Shown here: positions 59,057 to 64,000 of the stretch, piece after piece
Layout: each line of letters begins with the position of its first letter
Numbering within the stretch: position 1 is the stretch's first letter
Assembly (NCBI GenBank): GCA_964016885.1
Contig: OZ024741.1
Location: forward strand, 135,718,001-135,782,000
Source of the DNA: Eledone cirrhosa
Taxonomy: Eukaryota
Reading direction: 5' to 3'
Length of the DNA stretch: 64,000 nucleotides
Position numbers and translations under genes: made by a program
Notes under the pieces: generated by a model
Seen by the model: only the letters and a program-made list of their open reading frames with translations
The model's database searches: none
What the model was told of the DNA's origin: nothing

Positions 59057-59195
59057 AATTGTTTCTACTTTTGGAACAAGGCCAGCAATTATCCCAGTGT
59101 ATTACTGGTACTTTATTTTATCGACCTCGTAGGGATGAAAGACAAAGCTAACCTCGGCGGGATTTGAACTCAGACCATAAAGGGCCGTAACTCTT
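59057..59195 (-). mobile_element. Family A SINE
   Basis: Reverse complement of the 55501 copy's 3' part. Confidence 0.85.
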
Positions 59196-59439
59196 TGATG
59201 AAATGAAAACATTTAGAAGTCCGTTCAATTTCTTAATCAATTAAATAAAATACGATGTAATTCTTTAGTTAGAGAACATAATTATGCAAATCCTGTCGGT
59301 ATTGTTTGTCGGTTTACTACACGCAGAAGGGTTTATAAGTTAATTTTTAAGATGTTTACGTGTCAAACGCTAGACACCATATTTCATGACTTAGAAAAAC
59401 TAACCTCAGCCCTCACACACACACACACACACAAACAAA

Positions 59440-59628
<189 letters not shown>

Positions 59629-59913
59629 TTGTGTGTCTGTATATGTGTGTGTGTGCGTCTGTGTATGTGTGTGTGTCTGTGTGTGCGTGTGAAATTTTCA
59701 AGACTTTTTATCACTTGCTTTATGTATTAGCAACATTCTCAGGTCGACTCTCTGAGATTATTATTATTATTTGCTTCTCAATAATCCGATTAAATACGTC
59801 GTCATATCCGAGTAAACCTGTGACTCAGATTAAAAATGAAATTATATAGAGCTAGTTTTGCAAGTCAGGATGCATGCTCTCTCGTCTTATTCAACATCTC
59901 TTTTTCTATTATA

Positions 59914-59945
<32 letters not shown>

Positions 59946-59950
<5 letters not shown>

Positions 59951-60130
59951 GGAGGTGAGTTTTATTGTAGTACAATAAAGCAATGCAGATATCGGATAAG
60001 AAGCACTCTACAGTTTGTAGGATTGGAGTATACATAATATATAAGATCAAAAGATGGTTAAATGAGTTCCATGTATTAATGCGCATAATAAAATACATGG
60101 AACTCATTTAACCATCTTTTTATCTGATAT
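59946..60130 (-). mobile_element. Short fold-back element (arms ~60040-60078 / 60092-60130) with a left tail
   Basis: Tail AAGCACTC...GGAGTA resembles those at 18902 and 41198; flanked by (TA)n. Confidence 0.6.
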
Positions 60131-60464
60131 ATATATATATATACATATATGCATACATACATATATATATATATATGTGTGTGCGTACATTTGTGTGTGC
60201 GTATGTGTGAGTGTGCGTGTATTACATGTGTGTGTGTGTGTGTGTGTGGATGTTTATGAAATTATATTTGTATATATACAGACAGGGTAACCGACACTGC
60301 GTCGATGTTTATATAAATATACACAATTTTATTATGTAGATATGTAAACATGCCAGATAATACGAATTTCCCTGAAAATAAAAAAAAAATGATAAACATG
60401 TTTAATCAAATTTGGGAAGTAGGACCTACTCTATATATATATGTGTGCATGTATATATATATAT

Positions 60465-60547
60465 AAGAGCCCAATTGGGCGAAACATGTAAGAGCTTTTT
60501 TATAAATGTGTTTTAACGGCTTGCTTCTCTTTCATCATTTTTTCGAT

Positions 60548-60548
<1 letters not shown>
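60465..60548 (+). mobile_element. 5'-truncated hammerhead/pLTR fragment between (TA)n tracts
   Basis: [CTG missing]AAGA-GCCC aatt GGGC-GAAA-CATG-TA. Confidence 0.55.
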
Positions 60549-60610
<62 letters not shown>

Positions 60611-61087
60611 TGTGTATATGTTTTGGGTAACTTGATGTAAAAATAAGGGTAATTTTTGGATTTTGTGGGTTTATTGAAAATGTCTTTTTCTATCTTACCT
60701 CTATTTTTAAGATTTTGATATGCAAAACTTTGAAAATAAGTGGAAATAGTTACAACTAAAACAAAATTTCTCAAGACATGTGATTACATGCTGTGGTTGT
60801 CTGCAAAATCATATAGGACAGGCAGGAATTTCATCATGCAAAATAATGACCATGCATTGCTAACAAATCCATGCTGAAAACACATGACAAATCCCCTTAC
60901 ACACACACACATCGCAACGTGTGAAAGATTAGACATATCCACTTTCAAAATTTTCAAACTCAGCACATGCTAACATTCTTTCACTCAACAGAGAATAAAG
61001 AAAAAAACAATTCATTAACAATACAAACAACAATTAAATATTTAATTGTTCTCCATTAGACACTAAATAGTGACCCATATCTATATA

Positions 61088-61179
<92 letters not shown>

Positions 61180-61280
61180 CCCCCCCCTCTCTCTATATAT
61201 ATATTGGGTAATCAAGTATGAAATTTGTAGAAATTTGTTTTCTTTCTACACATTCCTACACATTTCATATTTGACGACCC

Positions 61281-61311
<31 letters not shown>

Positions 61312-62500
61312 CTAAGGCGGGTAAAATTCCCGAGATCCATGGACGAGTTCTCTCCAGCGGACTCTATCCCTCATTATCGCTGCCATGTCCTGCGTCTCCA
61401 TCAGACCAGTGTCTGTCCTTAGGGCATCAACATACGTTAACCTTGGTCTTCCTCTTCTAGTGTGTCCATGTAGGGGCTCCCAAAGGAGCACTGAGTGCAA
61501 TGTCAACTCTGGATGTCGGTGAGCATGTGCAGTTAACCTCAGTCTCCTCTGTGTCACTTTTGAACTGACTTTTGGGATGCTCCCATACAGATCTGAGTTT
61601 ATCATCCTCAGTATATACTGATTAATGTTCAGAGCCATCCTCAGCATTCTCGTGTAGCACCCATCCACCATCTGAGTGAGTTTCTTGGTCAGTGTCCAAG
61701 TCTCAGACCCATACAGCAGCACAGACTCCACTACAGCTACGAAGGTCCGACTTCCACACCGATCTCAAGCTGTGGCACGCAGCCCAAGCCTTGCTCTTCC
61801 TCTCAACCACATCATCGAGTCAGATCCAGGGAACGGGGCCCGAGGATAGAAAGAGGAAATGGCTAGACCATTTTAGGACCCTACTAGGAGAGCCACCCTC
61901 CACAGCCCAGAGCACTGGGGAGTTCAGGCGGCTGTTTGAGGAACTGGATGTTGAGACAGAGCCCTTCACCAGAGAGAAGCTTCAGAGAGCCAAGAAGAGG
62001 ATCAATGAGGGCAAGGCTCATGGAAAAGATGGAGTGGCATCAGAGGTGATGAAGAGGTGTGATTTTGATGATATCATCTTGAGGTTCTGTAACGGGGCAC
62101 TGGAGAAAAGAGTTGCCCCGAATCAGTGGAGGATCAGTAACATCGTCCCAGTGCCAAAGAAGGGAGATCTCTCTAACACCAACAACTACCGGGGGATCTC
62201 ACTGACGTCACTTTTGGCAAAGACCCTCACAGGATGATTCTTAACAGGATCCAGCCTGAGATGGAGAAGAAGCTCAGGGACAACCAGAACGGCTTCAGAG
62301 AGGGTAGATCAACTACCAGTCACATCCTGATGCTGAGGAGGATATTAGAGGGAGCTAGAGCAAAGTGCCTTCCTGCGGTCATGGTTTTCATTGACTTTAG
62401 GAAGGCCTTTGATTCTGTGGACCGTTACTGCCTGATGAAGATATATATATATATTCCCAATTGGTTGAGGACTTCCTGTATTTGGGAGCAAAGATTGGGA

Positions 62501-62502
<2 letters not shown>
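61312..62502 (-). mobile_element. RTE-clade LINE insertion with an inverted 5' segment
   Basis: Minus 61312-~61818: KSKAWAAC..ESVLLYGSETW...RGRPRLTY. Plus ~61820-62502: NYRGISLTS, QNGFREGRST, FIDFRKAFDSV, then VEDFLYLG. Confidence 0.9.
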
Positions 62503-62547
<45 letters not shown>

Positions 62548-62607
62548 TGTATATATATATATATAAAGACTTAAGCAAAACTCTCTAATTGGGGAGTCAA
62601 TTAACTT

Positions 62608-62694
<87 letters not shown>

Positions 62695-63344
62695 AAGAGT
62701 ATGACGTATGTCTTATAAAACATTCACGTTAGAGAAGATGAACGAGAAGTAATGACAACATACAGATGATAAAGATCATGAAGATGATGACACTACTTTT
62801 CTATATCCTCGAATATTACTTCTACAAGAATAGTTTAATTTTGGTTTTCTGTGCTAACACGGTTGATTATAGGTTGAGTTATATGTCATATGACATTTTT
62901 TTTACAAAATCTTCGCAATATATAGAGGTCGTCTGCTGTAAAATAGATAAATGTGAGCACTACTTTGTTCATAAAAAAATTGTCGGTATTATTTAAAATA
63001 TATATTATATATTATATATATTTATATATTTGATATATATATATATAAATATATATATATATCAAATATATAAATATATATAATATATAATATATATTTT
63101 AAAAAATACCGACATTTTAATAGAGTCCGTCAAGCTGCCGATTATTGAGTCGGGTAGGATCGATATAGATCGAACCTTGAGCTGATCAGTGGCGAAACGC
63201 GCGTCACCTATCAATAAATGCAATGAAGGAATAATCAATCGTCCTTTTTATCCTTTCAATATATATAAATATATATATATTACTCTTTTACCTGTTCCAG
63301 CCATCCGGCTGAGGCCATGCTGGGGCAGGGCCCTTGATATATCT

Positions 63345-63555
63345 ATACATATAAGTTTATCCCGGGTTCGATCGGGGGTATCCACAGTAAGTAAGGTACT
63401 CAATACATAGCAGAGTATAATTATTTAATATAGAAATGGCTCCTACAGGATTAGAACTGTTTCATTCGGAAGAAATCATAATGGAAGCAGACTTCCTGAT
63501 GATTTGTCCTGAATGAAACAGTTCTAGACCTGTAGAAGCCATTTCTATATTAAAT
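63345..63555. mobile_element. Fold-back element of the 41502 family in opposite orientation; hammerhead at 63492-63538 (+)
   Basis: CTTC-CTGATGA-ttt gtcct gaat-GAAA-CAG ttctagac CTG-TA-GAAG; the tail is the reverse complement of 41620-41685. Confidence 0.8.
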
Positions 63556-63579
63556 CTATCTATCTATCTATCTATCTAT

Positions 63580-64000
63580 CAGTCGTGTGTCACTTCGCGG
63601 AGAAGTTTCCGTTAATTTATGTAAGGAAAAAACGTGAGTTTTTAGTTCAATTTTATATCATTGTGTAACTTGACCACCCGTCTGGACCTTCAGGTGGTGG
63701 GTCAACTCATTTTCGCCCCTTCAGGGGCGGAATATCCATTTAAAAAATTTTTCTCCATCGAATCTTGGAAAAAATATTGTAAAATTTTGATTACGTTATG
63801 AACGCTGCGTCCAACGATAATGGTGGTGGAGAGGCGGTAAGACTACAAAGCTCGCAGTCAACAACGTCTTCTTCACTAGATACTATAGAGATGGAAAGAC
63901 AAAATGAAAATAAAAAAACGAATTCACATCCAAACAACACAAATGACACCAAACAGCTCAATGACAACAAAAATAACAGCAAAACCAATAATGATGATAA
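63580..64000 (+). mobile_element. Probable 5' end of a LINE: CAGTC start, ~220 nt UTR and an ORF from ATG 63798 open to the window edge
   Basis: Starts sharply after (TCTA)n; the frame MNAASNDNGGGEAVRLQSSQSTTSSS... has no stop. Identity is inferred; no diagnostic motif is visible. Confidence 0.4.

Overview
Eukaryotic, AT-rich, microsatellite-saturated DNA with no recognisable host protein-coding gene. The (TA)n/(CA)n/(TATC)n density and the SINE families resemble an octopus/cephalopod genome (inference from repeat style only). Almost all ORFs in the track are microsatellite artefacts. The real coding sequence is retroelement-derived: an uninterrupted 3' half of an L1/Tx1-clade ORF2 (1-1712), a decayed CR1/Jockey-like LINE (12.6-15 kb), RTE fragments (one with a twin-priming inversion), a Penelope-like GIY-YIG remnant, and a LINE-like 5' end at the right edge. 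Also present are a non-autonomous LTR element with ~98.5% identical LTRs, a Helitron, MITEs and many SINEs. The main signal is at least 12 short fold-back elements from several unrelated families, sitting in or beside (TA)n tracts. They share the layout (TA)n-arm-spacer-inverted arm-unpaired tail-(TA)n. Most carry whole or half type I hammerhead ribozymes, and many have an ACTC...GAGT hairpin in the tail. They look like minimal Penelope-like (pLTR-only) retro-insertions. A degenerate HDV-like ribozyme candidate starts at the 5' end of a GC-rich repeat at 47.3 kb. All alignments and folds were done by eye, so boundaries may be off by a few bases.
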